Assembly: GCA_011364905.1 (NCBI GenBank)
Contig: RDNZ01000013.1
Location: 1-62,335, forward strand
DNA length: 62,335 nucleotides
Source of the DNA: Candidatus Thorarchaeota archaeon
GTDB taxonomy: Archaea > Asgardarchaeota > Thorarchaeia > Thorarchaeales > Thorarchaeaceae
Reading direction: 5' to 3'
Positions 1-10,059 of this stretch are shown piece after piece; position 1 is the stretch's first letter; the number at the start of each line of letters is the position of its first letter. The position numbers were made by a program, and so were the translations under genes. A model generated the notes under the pieces. That model searched no databases and had not been told where the DNA came from. It was given only the letters and a program-made list of their open reading frames with translations.

Positions 1-1631
1 CTGGTCAGTTCTGGGGAGAGAATGTCTGGCAAATATCTCTCCAGGGTTTCAAACAGCGCATATCCCAGAGTGGACAGTTCAAACCTGTCATTGAGCGTAT
101 ATCCTCTGGACTTGATCGAGTCCACAATCCTCGCTCTGGTTGCCTTTGTACCCAGATTCTCTTGTTCTAGTAGCTTCAATAGACTGGCTGGATTGAATCG
201 CGGTGGCGGTTGAGTATATTTCTCCTCGGCCTCAACATGACTCAACAGGAGTGTGTCTCCCTTGGAAATCTCTGGAAGCTCCCGTTCGTCCGTCTTGGCG
301 TAGGCTCCGTAGAATGTCATCCATCCATGCTTTAGGACCCTCAACCCTCTGATGTAAAACGTATGGTCCTCATAACTGATGTCTGCTCGTAGATGCTCTT
401 TCACTGCAGGTTCGCCAAACAATGATAGGAATCTTCTCACTATGAGGTCATACAGTTTCTTCTCAGTTGGCGTGAGTCGCTTTGCTGGCTTTGATCCTGT
501 GGGATGGATTGCCGGGTGAGCAGGGTCAGTCTTCTTTCCTTGAACAGGTGTGAGATTCCCCGCCTGCATTACTTGCTTCACCATTGCGGTATAGTTCTTC
601 ATCTTTCCCAGACCATTGAGAATCTCCTTTAGGTCCAAGGTCTGAGGCAGCTTCTCACTACTTGTTCTCGGATAAGAGATGAGTGCATCCAGATAGAGGG
701 CTTGCGCAATGGCCAGTGTTCTACTTGGCTTGAAACCAAAGTGTCGATAAGCCTCAGATTGGAGTGTGCTGAGATTGAATGGCGGATGAGGCTGTTGAGT
801 AGTGGTTCTATTGTGTATTGCATCAACCAAAGATGTTTCACCATGTAGGGCCCTCACAATATTCTCAGCTTCAATCTTGGTCTCTATGCGCTTCTTTGAG
901 TATTCCAGCTCTATCTCTGTGTCCTTATGCATGGCTTTCGCTTGAATAGTCCAGAATGGATGCGGTACAAAGAGGTTGATCATTTGATCTCGGTCCGCCA
1001 CATAGGAAAGAGTAGGTCCTTGAACTCTTCCGGTGGATATAATCTTAAACCACCCTGCCGTGTTCTTCACTGCAAGAGTCAGTGCCCTTGTAAGATTAAT
1101 CCCATACAACCAGTCAATCTCGTGCCGGACTTGACCCGCCTCAATCATTGGAAAATCTAAACTGTCCGACATCTTGTCATATGCATGCTGCACCTCAGCG
1201 TCAGTAAGGGAGCTGAAGAACATCCTGTGAGCACCCTGGGGGTCCTTTCCGCAAGCATGTTTCAATGTGAGATATCCAATTAGACTCCCCTCGATATCGT
1301 AATCGGTTGCAACAACAAAGGTGTCAACATTTTTTGAGAGGCCTTTGATTAGGTTGATGATAGGTTTCGTCTGAGTCGCTTTCTTTTCAACCTCATACCT
1401 TGGGACCCAAGTCATCTCCATTCTTGGATAGGTCCACCCTTTCTCTATCTGTTTCAGTTCAAACAGGTGTCCAAGTGCATAGACGACAACCAGATTGTCA
1501 CTACCCCTCTTGCACTCATAATAGGATGCACCTCGTTTTTTCACCTCTGTGGGGGTTTTGGCATCATCCAGAGCTGTGGCTATACGTCTGGCCGCCATGG
1601 GCTTCTCTGTGATGACCATTACCTTGGACAT
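1..1631 (-). CDS. topA: DNA topoisomerase I (type IA), 3' end runs off the window
   Basis: Manual minus-strand translation (not in ORF track): starts MSKVMVITEKPMAARRIA (TOPRIM ExP) and contains PPFNLSTLQSEAYRHFGFKPSRTLAIAQALYLDALISYPRTSS with the catalytic Tyr. Confidence 0.95.
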   Translation of the reverse strand, partial: MSKVMVITEKPMAARRIATALDDAKTPTEVKKRGASYYECKRGSDNLVVVYALGHLFELKQIEKGWTYPRMEMTWVPRYEVEKKATQTKPIINLIKGLSKNVDTFVVATDYDIEGSLIGYLTLKHACGKDPQGAHRMFFSSLTDAEVQHAYDKMSDSLDFPMIEAGQVRHEIDWLYGINLTRALTLAVKNTAGWFKIISTGRVQGPTLSYVADRDQMINLFVPHPFWTIQAKAMHKDTEIELEYSKKRIETKIEAENIVRALHGETSLVDAIHNRTTTQQPHPPFNLSTLQSEAYRHFGFKPSRTLAIAQALYLDALISYPRTSSEKLPQTLDLKEILNGLGKMKNYTAMVKQVMQAGNLTPVQGKKTDPAHPAIHPTGSKPAKRLTPTEKKLYDLIVRRFLSLFGEPAVKEHLRADISYEDHTFYIRGLRVLKHGWMTFYGAYAKTDERELPEISKGDTLLLSHVEAEEKYTQPPPRFNPASLLKLLEQENLGTKATRARIVDSIKSRGYTLNDRFELSTLGYALFETLERYLPDILSPELT

Positions 1632-1779
1632 TATTTCATACCTCTTTCACAGCCACTATCCCAGATGGTTCACCCTCAAATAGCCATTACGGCAAACTGT
1701 CAAACCAAATAGTACAACATTGCATATCGCGTAAGTCTTAAAAGCAGACACAAAATGTGGACCGCTCGAGGTAAGATAG

Positions 1780-2202
1780 TTGACACCTTTATGGTCGAGA
1801 ATCATAATAAAGCCAAGAGTACGACTCAGTAGGCCTAGTTTTGGGATGCCTACGCGTCCTCCGGACACAGTCATTTTTGGGATGATGTTCGTTGCTGTAC
1901 TCTTTGTTCTCGGCGGCAACATCTATACCTTAGTTCGAACCCCGCCAGCTATTGCAGGATCTTCAAGCGGTGCTCCTATTCTGATTGCTCCTGGGATTGA
2001 CCAACAACTGGGAATGGAAGGAATTGTTGCATCGGTCATTATTTTTGTGGGTGTGATTGGCCTTGGATTGGTATACTACGCGTCTAAGTACGTTTTCCAA
2101 CCGGGATATGCAACTAGGCTCCTGATACTCGGGATGATTATGTCTGGTGTAGCATTTTTGGTCTTCAGCTACTTATGGAGCGTCAAAGCAGGATTCTTGT
2201 AG
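1780..2202 (+). CDS. OSTC/DC2-like (OST3/OST6 family) oligosaccharyltransferase accessory subunit
   Basis: Three TM segments; GGNIYTLVRTPP and QQLGMEGIVAS parallel GGIIYDVIVEPP and GQYIMEGLASS of eukaryotic OSTC/DC2 (recalled sequence). Confidence 0.75.
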   Translation: MTPLWSRIIIKPRVRLSRPSFGMPTRPPDTVIFGMMFVAVLFVLGGNIYTLVRTPPAIAGSSSGAPILIAPGIDQQLGMEGIVASVIIFVGVIGLGLVYYASKYVFQPGYATRLLILGMIMSGVAFLVFSYLWSVKAGFL

Positions 2203-2235
2203 GTTTTCTCTCTATCAGGACATGAGGGAATCAGT

Positions 2236-2955
2236 CTATGTAAGGAACAGACAGTCAACTCTAGTGGTTCTCAGGAGAGTGGTCATGAGCCCCTCGGCAA
2301 TCTCTAGTTTGATTCTTTTTCTCTCACTGGCTGGGAAATGATTCTCATGTCCTGGTTTGGACCATTTTCCCACGGTTGCACCGAAATCCATACCTGCGAG
2401 GACTATGCGCCGGGGTGAGTATTCGCACACTATATGACATGCCCTGTCACCATCTGTAAACCCGCCCCAAAGGAAGGCTCTGTCAGTTGGCTCAACCTGC
2501 GTGCTTCCTAGAATCGTTCCCAAATCGGGAACTACTGTTCTCACGCGCTCAATATTGTCGCCGTGAGCATGTACAATGAGAAGGGCGCCATTGTCTTTTG
2601 CCCTCATGATGTGCTCTATGTTTCCATCCAAATCTGTCACAACAATATCGCAATGCAATCCTAGCTCGAGAATGACTGAAACAGCACCATCTGCAGCAAC
2701 GATCACATAGTCCTTGTGGTCGGTTGAACTGAAGAATGACTTCAAGTGTTTCTCCAATGACGGACCAGCCCCGCATATGATCACGTCCTTCCCATTGATG
2801 GTTTCAGATAGTCGGTTCAACATAGGCCGTGGGTCAATCGGTTCAAGTAGTTCTGTGAGTAGTGTCGTTGCTTCTCTGTCCGCAGCTGAATCTAGGTTCA
2901 ATCTCTTCGCAATGTCCAAGTACCTCGGATACCAATCATCCCATCTCAAGATCAA
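2236..2955 (-). CDS. mptE: 6-hydroxymethyl-7,8-dihydropterin pyrophosphokinase (archaeal, DUF115)
   Basis: GAGPSL, AADGA, VTDLDG, VHAHGDN and GGFTDGDRA motifs; overlaps the folP stop. Confidence 0.9.
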   Translation of the reverse strand: MILRWDDWYPRYLDIAKRLNLDSAADREATTLLTELLEPIDPRPMLNRLSETINGKDVIICGAGPSLEKHLKSFFSSTDHKDYVIVAADGAVSVILELGLHCDIVVTDLDGNIEHIMRAKDNGALLIVHAHGDNIERVRTVVPDLGTILGSTQVEPTDRAFLWGGFTDGDRACHIVCEYSPRRIVLAGMDFGATVGKWSKPGHENHFPASERKRIKLEIAEGLMTTLLRTTRVDCLFLT

Positions 2956-3797
2956 TCGCTCCTGGTTGATACGCGGAGAATGTCACTTATCTGGACTGCA
3001 ATCTTTGTTTCTCCCACATCATGAGTTCGAACTACATTGGCTCCTCTCAAGACAGCGATAGCGGCAGCCACTAGTGAGCCAATCAGTCTATCATCCGGAT
3101 TTGGCTGGTCAAGTATATGCCCAATGAAGGCCTTCCTGGAAACACCCACCAAAAGCGGATGGCCAAGTTCTGCGAAAAGGTCCAGCTCCCTCAGTATCGT
3201 AATGTCTGTTTCTGGAGGTTTTCCAAATCCAATTCCAGGGTCTACGATGATTTTTTCAGATTCTATTCCAGCACCTTGCGCTATGCTGAAACTATCTCTC
3301 AATGATTGTAAAGCCGCTTGAACGCTGCTACAGGGTTCGCCGCAGTTTGCCATGAGCACAACTGGAGCTCCTCGATCTGCGATGAGACCTGCCATCTTGG
3401 GGTCTGCATGAAGTCCAGAAACATCATTGACCATGGAAACGCCAAGGTCCAATGCAGTTTCTGCAACTCTTGACGATGTTGTATCAATCGATAGGGGTGG
3501 ATACCCTGAGACCTTGATTGACTCCAGAGCTGAGGTCACTCTCTCAAGTTCCTCATCTATTGTGATATCAGGTGTACCATAGACATTCTTTGGGGCTGTA
3601 GATACTCCTCCAATATCAATAATGTCTGCACCCTCCTCTGCGGCCAATGTAATCATCTCATGAAACTTCTCAATACTGTCCGCAACAGTGCTCTTGTAGA
3701 ATGACTCGGGTGACAGATTGACCACACTCATCACCCGAACAGGGAGTCTTGGTCCAACCATCAGTCCACCAATGTTCACGCCTTGTAGATCATTCAA
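2952..3797 (-). CDS. folP: Dihydropteroate synthase
   Basis: VNLSPESF, DIGGVST, SIDT, NDVSG, DPGIGFGK, GVSRKAF and RTHDV motifs. Confidence 0.95.
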   Translation of the reverse strand: MNDLQGVNIGGLMVGPRLPVRVMSVVNLSPESFYKSTVADSIEKFHEMITLAAEEGADIIDIGGVSTAPKNVYGTPDITIDEELERVTSALESIKVSGYPPLSIDTTSSRVAETALDLGVSMVNDVSGLHADPKMAGLIADRGAPVVLMANCGEPCSSVQAALQSLRDSFSIAQGAGIESEKIIVDPGIGFGKPPETDITILRELDLFAELGHPLLVGVSRKAFIGHILDQPNPDDRLIGSLVAAAIAVLRGANVVRTHDVGETKIAVQISDILRVSTRSD

Positions 3798-3894
3798 GTG
3801 ACGAAACCTCTACTGTACAGCTCCATAGAAGGAAATAAAATGGTAGCTGAATCTGCCACGGCCACTTGTCAAAGCACTCTTACGGTGAGTTATC

Positions 3895-5043
3895 ATGAAT
3901 GAGACACTGAAGCGTACCCACCTCTATGATTGGCACAAGAAGAACGGCGATGTTGTCCCCTTTGCTGGCTGGGAAATGCCAGTCCGATATACCGATATTC
4001 GAGGGGAACACATGGCTGTAAGAAATAATGTCGGGATTTTTGACACAAGTCACATGTCCAGATTCATCATCAAAGGACCACAGGCTGAGGTGTTTCTTCA
4101 GACCTTGACCACAAACAACGTTAGCAAATTGGGTGTCAATGACGGACAATACACCACCTGTCTTAACGAGCATGGTGGAATTCATGATGATTTGACACTC
4201 TACAGAGTGGGCGAGGACGAGTACATTTGGATCACTAATGCCTCAAATGGCCCCAAAATCAGTGCACATCTCATGGAGCACTCACCAAACTTTGAGGTTG
4301 AGGTGCTTGACAAATCACGTGAAATCACTATGATTGCGGTCCAAGGCCCCAAGGCTCTCTCTCTCATCCAGAAGATAGCTGATCGAAGCGTCACCGAATA
4401 CAGTAGATTTTCTTCGCATAGGGTAAGACTCGCTGGATATGATTGCCATCTTTGTCGAACGGGTTATACCGGCGAAGATGGTGTTGAGATTCTAGTTGTA
4501 GACACTCCATTCACTGACGACGGCAAGAAAAAAGCAACTGCATTCTGGGAGGAACTTCTGAAACAAGGCGTAGAGTTTGGTGTAAAGCCCTGTGGACTTG
4601 GTTCGAGGGACTCACTACGATTGGAGGCCGGATTTGTTCTGTACGGCCATGAACTCGATGAGGAAACCTCTCCGATAGAAGCACGAATTCCTTATGCAGT
4701 GAAATTCAAGGTCGAGCCGAAGTACGTTGGGTATGATGTTGTTAAACGCCACAAGAATGAAGATGCAATTAGAAAGACGCGTATAGGCCTAGTCATGATT
4801 GATCGTGGAATTCCAAGAGAGCACTATCCAATACTTTTGAATGGTGAGAAAATAGGAAAAGTCACGAGTGGTGGACTGTCTCCAGTACTAAACCAAGGAA
4901 TTGCTCTTGCCTATGTCAAACCGAATTCGGTCAATGAAGGGGATACTATAGAGGTCGATATCAAGGGAAGAATAAGAAGAGCAGAGGTAAGAAAGTGGCC
5001 ATTTTATGACCCTGACCAATATGGAGCGTCACGAAGGCAATAA
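3895..5043 (+). CDS. gcvT: Glycine cleavage system T protein (aminomethyltransferase)
   Basis: PFAGWEMPVRY, FDTSHM, RTGYTGEDG and GLGSRDSLRLEAG motifs. Confidence 0.97.
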   Translation: MNETLKRTHLYDWHKKNGDVVPFAGWEMPVRYTDIRGEHMAVRNNVGIFDTSHMSRFIIKGPQAEVFLQTLTTNNVSKLGVNDGQYTTCLNEHGGIHDDLTLYRVGEDEYIWITNASNGPKISAHLMEHSPNFEVEVLDKSREITMIAVQGPKALSLIQKIADRSVTEYSRFSSHRVRLAGYDCHLCRTGYTGEDGVEILVVDTPFTDDGKKKATAFWEELLKQGVEFGVKPCGLGSRDSLRLEAGFVLYGHELDEETSPIEARIPYAVKFKVEPKYVGYDVVKRHKNEDAIRKTRIGLVMIDRGIPREHYPILLNGEKIGKVTSGGLSPVLNQGIALAYVKPNSVNEGDTIEVDIKGRIRRAEVRKWPFYDPDQYGASRRQ

Positions 5044-5093
5044 CCAAACCCATTTAAACCGCGTCAGCTTCTCGCAACGCGTAGGTGGACTAC

Positions 5094-5489
5094 ATGAGCG
5101 ACACCGATGTTAAAGATGATAGAAAATACAGCAAGGACCATGAGTGGGTAAAAGTCGAGGGTGGCTTGGTCGTTGTTGGTATCACGGACTTTGCCCAGAA
5201 CTCCCTCCATGAGATTACCTTTGTAGAAATCTCTGAAGTTGGTACTACTTTAGAGGCCAGTAACGAGTGCGGACTAGTAGAGTCCATGAAAGCATCATCT
5301 GACATCTTTTCACCTATTGGTGGCGAGATTGTCGAGGTGAATACTGAGCTAGAGGATGCTCCAGAGATTGTCAATGAGGATCCATATGGCAAGGGTTGGA
5401 TGTTCAAACTCAAACCATCAAATCTTGACGCTGACATTGCCGGTCTTATGGATGCTGCAGCTTACAAGGATTTCATCGAATCGCTCTAG
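5094..5489 (+). CDS. gcvH: Glycine cleavage system H protein
   Basis: YSKDHEWV, GITDFAQ, lipoyl-Lys ESMKASSDIFSP, VNEDPYGKGW. Confidence 0.97.
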   Translation: MSDTDVKDDRKYSKDHEWVKVEGGLVVVGITDFAQNSLHEITFVEISEVGTTLEASNECGLVESMKASSDIFSPIGGEIVEVNTELEDAPEIVNEDPYGKGWMFKLKPSNLDADIAGLMDAAAYKDFIESL

Positions 5490-5665
5490 GTTTCATGGAA
5501 TCAACAAACAGACAATGGAACTGGAGTTTCGACCCCTTCTATTGCTCTGATTCCTCATCTAGACATGTTTTTCCATATAGGACGAATTTACAATCAACAG
5601 CAACCTTTTTAGCGAATCAAAAAATGGCTGCTGCTAGTTCGAAACACTTGGAGACTGTACTCTAC

Positions 5666-8392
5666 ATGTCATTTAGCAAATTTAGAAGGTCGACTGTAAG
5701 ATTTCTACGCAAAGCAATCCATAGGCCGAAGTCCAAGATATCGCGCGGGTCTATAATGCTAGTTGTGACAGTTCTCATTATATTCACAACTGCCCTTCTG
5801 CTCCGAGTTGAGCCCCTCTTCAACTCTCAGCCCCTAGTTCGTGCGTTCGACCCCTGGTTCCAGTTAAAAGTGACAGATTACGTATCCCAGAATGGATATG
5901 GCGCTTTCTTCACTTGGTACGATCATACCACCTGGGTCCCGTTCGGCCGTGACATGGCAAGAACAAGTTATGTTGGAGTTCCGTTCACAAGTGCTTTCTT
6001 CTACTTCCTGCTCAACGCTCTTGGTATCCATATTGATGTTCTAACAGTGTCTTTACTCCTACCCGCGTTCATGGGCGCGCTGACTGCCCTTGTAGCTTTC
6101 TTCCTCGGAAAAGAACTGTCAAACAACACTGTTGGGCTTTTAACGGGACTTTTCACTGCGTTCATTCCCGCTTTCATCACAAGAACGGTGGCAGGCTTCT
6201 ATGATAATGAGTGCATTGGAGTCTTTGCAATCGTACTCACTACATTCTTATTCATACGCGGCTTGAAACGTGAATCCGTCCCATCATCTATTGGAGCTGG
6301 TCTTGCACTAGGATATCTGCTAGTCTCTTGGGGTGGTTCAGAATTCCTGCTGGGCCTCTTTGGTATGTATGGCTTCATAATGCTCCTAATGGGACGATAT
6401 AGTCGACGGCTCCTAACAAGTTATCTGTTGACTCTGCCATTAGGGATATTCATTGGAGCCCTTGCTCCCAGAAATGGATTCGGCATCCTCACAGAGTTCG
6501 TTGTTATTGTTCCTATAGGTGTTGGAGGTCTCCTTGTATTCTACGAGATCTGGACACGAATTGGGGAGTATCGTGAATCAACAGCCGCAGTTCTATCACC
6601 CTACCTCCGGCCAATACTGGCAGGTTTAATCATTCCTCTCATGGGTATTGGTGCATACTTTGTGTACAGCAGTGGGACACAGCTCGAGATCACACCATTC
6701 AACACAAACCCTGTTGTTAAGCTTGGCTCAAAGTTTCTCACTGTAATCAATCCCTTCACGCGTCTTGACCAGAGAATCCTTGCATCAGTTGCTGAACATC
6801 TTCCAAGCCCCTGGGGAAGCTTTTACAACATTCTTTTGATACTGATATTCTTCTTTCCGCTTGGAATGTACTTCCTGTTCAAGAGAGGTCGCGATGAGGA
6901 CTGGTTCCTGCTTCTTTATGGTCTAACCGCAGTCTACTTTGCAGGGAGCATGATTCGTCTGAACCTGATCCTCGCTCCTGGAGTTGCAATCCTATCTGCC
7001 GTTGCGACATACAATGTTCTTGCACCTTTTGCCAAAGTCGTCACGCAGAAGTCGGTGTTCGAGAGAAGAAGGTTCAGGATGAGCTCGTCTCTGACGTCCG
7101 AGCATGCATTGACCGCCTTTGCATTTGTTGCTTTATTGCTCTCAGTCAACATCATTCTGAGCGTGCAATATGTATCAATGCAGGTTGGAAACCCAGAGTT
7201 TGCACAATCGTCCATCTCAGACTCTGGACAAAGAACAGACTGGCAGACCGCGATGACCTACGTTCGCAATGTGTTACCAGATGATGCGATTATAGCCAGC
7301 TGGTGGGACTATGGCTATTGGATAAACAGTGCATCAGGTAAAGACACGATAGTGGATAATGCGACGTTCAACAGTACGCAGATAGCAAAAATGGGGTATG
7401 CGCTCATGGCGCTCAACCTGACGGAGTCGCTCAGAACTTTCAAGAGTTGGAATACGACACATGTCTTAGTCTACTTTGGTCACCGTATCTCTGGATTTGG
7501 TGGCGATGAAGGAAAATGGCCCTGGATGGTCAGGATTGCAGAAGACACCTTTGGCAGGAATGTCATCGATGATGCAACCTATCTGGACAGTAATGATCAA
7601 ACCCTTGAGCCCTTCTACCAGTCGACTCTGTTTAGGCTCATGGTGTATGGAGAACCAGCGAGCCAGGATGAAGCCAGTGCTCTTGGTCTCTCACAGGCCC
7701 GTCAGACTGTTGACCAGTACCTGTGGCAAGACACGAATTATGTCAATCACATGCCTGTGTCTCTCTATGGGGCATTCAAAGAGCCATACTACAGCTCAGG
7801 CTATGGGCTTGTCAAGATCTACGAGATTGACTACACTATGTATTACCAGTGGTTGAACCGTACGGAATCAGACTGGGATCTTGGTTTCGCATCAGCCAAT
7901 CTAGACATGAGCATTGATGGAAGCCTTTCTGCGACTGAAAGCGCCCTCCCAAGCTATACTGTTGCATTTGGTGGTGGCTATACAGCTACAGTCTACACGC
8001 AGTCTAACTCCACGCACATGTACTACGGAATCCAAATGAACAACTACACTTTGGGTGATGATGCTATGGGTATCCAGATAGCACCGATAAACTCACCTCA
8101 GAGTTCTGACCTTCGAATCGTGAACTATAATGGTCAAAACTTTGATGGACACATCAGGTACGATGGCTCTTGGGCTGAAGACACCACTGGGACCAACTCA
8201 TCAGAGTTTGCCACTGGCGACCATGTGGTTGAGTTTTTGGTTCCCCTGAATGGCGGAGACCCTCAAGACCTTGCCATGGCGCCTGGAATGAACTACCAAA
8301 TCAAATTGCTCTGGTGGAACAATGTGCTCAATGGTGAGCCGTCGTTCACTACTCCATGGAATACATTCTGGATTCCGGTCGAACTACACTAA
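5666..8392 (+). CDS. aglB: Oligosaccharyltransferase catalytic subunit AglB/STT3 with extra C-terminal beta-rich domain
   Basis: FDPWF, GFYDNE, SVAEH, WWDYG, DNATFN and GDEGKWPWMVRIA motifs; multi-pass N-terminal half; probable start ATG 5666 (the ORF track extends it to 5495). Confidence 0.95.
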   Translation: MSFSKFRRSTVRFLRKAIHRPKSKISRGSIMLVVTVLIIFTTALLLRVEPLFNSQPLVRAFDPWFQLKVTDYVSQNGYGAFFTWYDHTTWVPFGRDMARTSYVGVPFTSAFFYFLLNALGIHIDVLTVSLLLPAFMGALTALVAFFLGKELSNNTVGLLTGLFTAFIPAFITRTVAGFYDNECIGVFAIVLTTFLFIRGLKRESVPSSIGAGLALGYLLVSWGGSEFLLGLFGMYGFIMLLMGRYSRRLLTSYLLTLPLGIFIGALAPRNGFGILTEFVVIVPIGVGGLLVFYEIWTRIGEYRESTAAVLSPYLRPILAGLIIPLMGIGAYFVYSSGTQLEITPFNTNPVVKLGSKFLTVINPFTRLDQRILASVAEHLPSPWGSFYNILLILIFFFPLGMYFLFKRGRDEDWFLLLYGLTAVYFAGSMIRLNLILAPGVAILSAVATYNVLAPFAKVVTQKSVFERRRFRMSSSLTSEHALTAFAFVALLLSVNIILSVQYVSMQVGNPEFAQSSISDSGQRTDWQTAMTYVRNVLPDDAIIASWWDYGYWINSASGKDTIVDNATFNSTQIAKMGYALMALNLTESLRTFKSWNTTHVLVYFGHRISGFGGDEGKWPWMVRIAEDTFGRNVIDDATYLDSNDQTLEPFYQSTLFRLMVYGEPASQDEASALGLSQARQTVDQYLWQDTNYVNHMPVSLYGAFKEPYYSSGYGLVKIYEIDYTMYYQWLNRTESDWDLGFASANLDMSIDGSLSATESALPSYTVAFGGGYTATVYTQSNSTHMYYGIQMNNYTLGDDAMGIQIAPINSPQSSDLRIVNYNGQNFDGHIRYDGSWAEDTTGTNSSEFATGDHVVEFLVPLNGGDPQDLAMAPGMNYQIKLLWWNNVLNGEPSFTTPWNTFWIPVELH

Positions 8393-8457
8393 AACTAGAC
8401 AGACTGGCGGTTGATATCAGAATCAATCGCCAAGTTTTTCATTTTTTATATCTGAAG

Positions 8458-8634
8458 TCAGTCTGCTACAGACTGTTGGGTCTTCCGTTTTGCCTTTCTG
8501 CGATATTTTCCGTATTTGTCTTGAGGACTATACCTTGGTGGTTTTGGACTGAAAACAGATCCCCCACATGTTGGGCATCTTTGCTGTTCTAGTGTGTATT
8601 GGCCACATTTGCTGCATTTGAAAAGATGAGTCAT
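8458..8634 (-). CDS. nop10: H/ACA RNP protein Nop10 (58 aa)
   Basis: Manual translation MTHLFKCSKCGQYTLEQQRCPTCGGSVFSPKPPRYSPQDKYGKYRR; conserved position after aIF2alpha; below the ORF-track cutoff. Confidence 0.95.
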   Translation of the reverse strand: MTHLFKCSKCGQYTLEQQRCPTCGGSVFSPKPPRYSPQDKYGKYRRKAKRKTQQSVAD

Positions 8635-8643
8635 GACTGACCC

Positions 8644-9438
8644 CTACTTACGCAGAAAGCTGACTGTGCCTGACCCGTCCTCAACAGTCTTCGTGACGAG
8701 ATTAAGGATATCTGAGAGCAAATCCTCTGCTTCTTTGTAGTCAGGGCTCACAATTCGAAGTTTGTACCTAGGTGAGCCTAGTGTATAGATCTCAGTTGTG
8801 GACTTATCACGCTTCTTCCCCTCAACAAGTCCCTCAGACAATGCTTCCTTTATCACTTCGATTCCGTTTGGACCAGGGACTGTTATTGTCAACTCTCCAT
8901 CAATCTCCACTGATGGAATCTCAATCCGCTGCATTGCCAGGTCAGCCACCTGTTTACGCAGCTTCTTGGTCGCAACCACGTTTTCAAACACATCAACGCC
9001 GCCATCTGCGGCACGCTCTAGCCCCTTGTAGATCTCGCCAAACTCGTCCTCAATTGGCCACCCGATCTTCTCATAGACCTCTTGGAGAGTCATACCGTTC
9101 TCCTTGGCAATCAGTTCGAGAAGTTTCTCAGCCTTCTGGGCACGTTTCCACTCGTTGTTCTTTGTCCTCTTCGTTTCTGCTGACACACGTCGGAGCGAGC
9201 AATCAATGTGCATCTTGTCCGTGTCCACTTTCAGGATCTTGACCACGACACGTTGGTTCTCGTGGATATGATTACGGATGTTCCTGACCCAAGTGCTGCT
9301 CACCTCAGAGATGTGGATGAACCCCTCCTTATCTCCGTACTCTGGCAGAATGACATACGCTCCATAGTTTGCCACTTTGGTAGCAACTGCAATGGCGAAA
9401 TCGTCTGCCTGTGGCCATTCAGCACGTTTCAGGACCAT
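8644..9438 (-). CDS. eif2a: Translation initiation factor 2 alpha subunit
   Basis: S1 domain YGAYVILPEYGDKEGFIHISEVSSTWVRNIR; GSPRYKL; conserved operon. Confidence 0.97.
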   Translation of the reverse strand: MVLKRAEWPQADDFAIAVATKVANYGAYVILPEYGDKEGFIHISEVSSTWVRNIRNHIHENQRVVVKILKVDTDKMHIDCSLRRVSAETKRTKNNEWKRAQKAEKLLELIAKENGMTLQEVYEKIGWPIEDEFGEIYKGLERAADGGVDVFENVVATKKLRKQVADLAMQRIEIPSVEIDGELTITVPGPNGIEVIKEALSEGLVEGKKRDKSTTEIYTLGSPRYKLRIVSPDYKEAEDLLSDILNLVTKTVEDGSGTVSFLRK

Positions 9439-9450
9439 CTTCTCTTCTCC

Positions 9451-9660
9451 TTATGGTAGTACCTCAACCTCTCGTGCAGTTGGTTCCAGCTTGGCTTTGC
9501 CACCACTGGGCTTTGCCAGCACTTTACCGCACTTCAGGCATTTCACCTCTGTTGAGGCATATCCAAAAATAATCTGTTCATTCTCGCAGTCGAGGCATTT
9601 CACCTTCAGAAACCGCGACCTTGGTTGTTGAACGATATCACCTTTAGGCAAATCTCTCAC
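9451..9660 (-). CDS. rps27e: 30S ribosomal protein S27e
   Basis: PRSRFLKVKCLDCENEQIIF...CLKCGKVLAKPSGGKA. Confidence 0.97.
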   Translation of the reverse strand: MRDLPKGDIVQQPRSRFLKVKCLDCENEQIIFGYASTEVKCLKCGKVLAKPSGGKAKLEPTAREVEVLP

Positions 9661-9942
9661 CTACGTTCTCAGGATCTCGACCTTCTTCAGTCGCAAGCCC
9701 TTCGACTGTATCGTATGTTCGCACTCCTTGCACTTGTACTTCAGAACGGTCTTCTTTGTCGTCTTAGCGAACCTCTTCTGGATCGGTTTCGGGAATGACC
9801 CGTACCCCCGAGTCTTTCTCTTCATCCTACGTTCACCCGCAGACGCGCTCCGTCGCTTCCCTGCTTTCGAAACTGAAACGACGTGTGACGTGTACTTCTT
9901 ACATCGGGGACAATATTTGTTCAGTTCGCTCTTGATGTTCAT
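9661..9942 (-). CDS. rpl44e: 50S ribosomal protein L44e
   Basis: YCPRCKKYTSH...KTTKKTVLKYKCKEC. Confidence 0.96.
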   Translation of the reverse strand: MNIKSELNKYCPRCKKYTSHVVSVSKAGKRRSASAGERRMKRKTRGYGSFPKPIQKRFAKTTKKTVLKYKCKECEHTIQSKGLRLKKVEILRT

Positions 9943-10059
9943 CTGTTGTCACCAGTCCAGGCTGTCCGAAACGGCCTAGTGTCCTTTATAATCATTAGGG
10001 CATGTTCACTCTGAGGCCGAAAGTGGGTTCGGGATTCGAGGTTGGGGATTCGTTTGGGC

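Noticed and set aside
22-1712. Short ORFs in the track over 22-1712
   Set aside because: Shadow frames of the minus-strand topA, which the track omits because its stop lies outside the window.
5495-5665. N-terminal 57 codons of the 965-aa ORF
   Set aside because: They look like intergenic/promoter sequence after gcvH; ATG 5666 is the more plausible start.
10000-10058. Hammerhead-like ctgaggccgaaa and repeated gggattcg
   Set aside because: Does not fit the CUGANGA core or the required stems.
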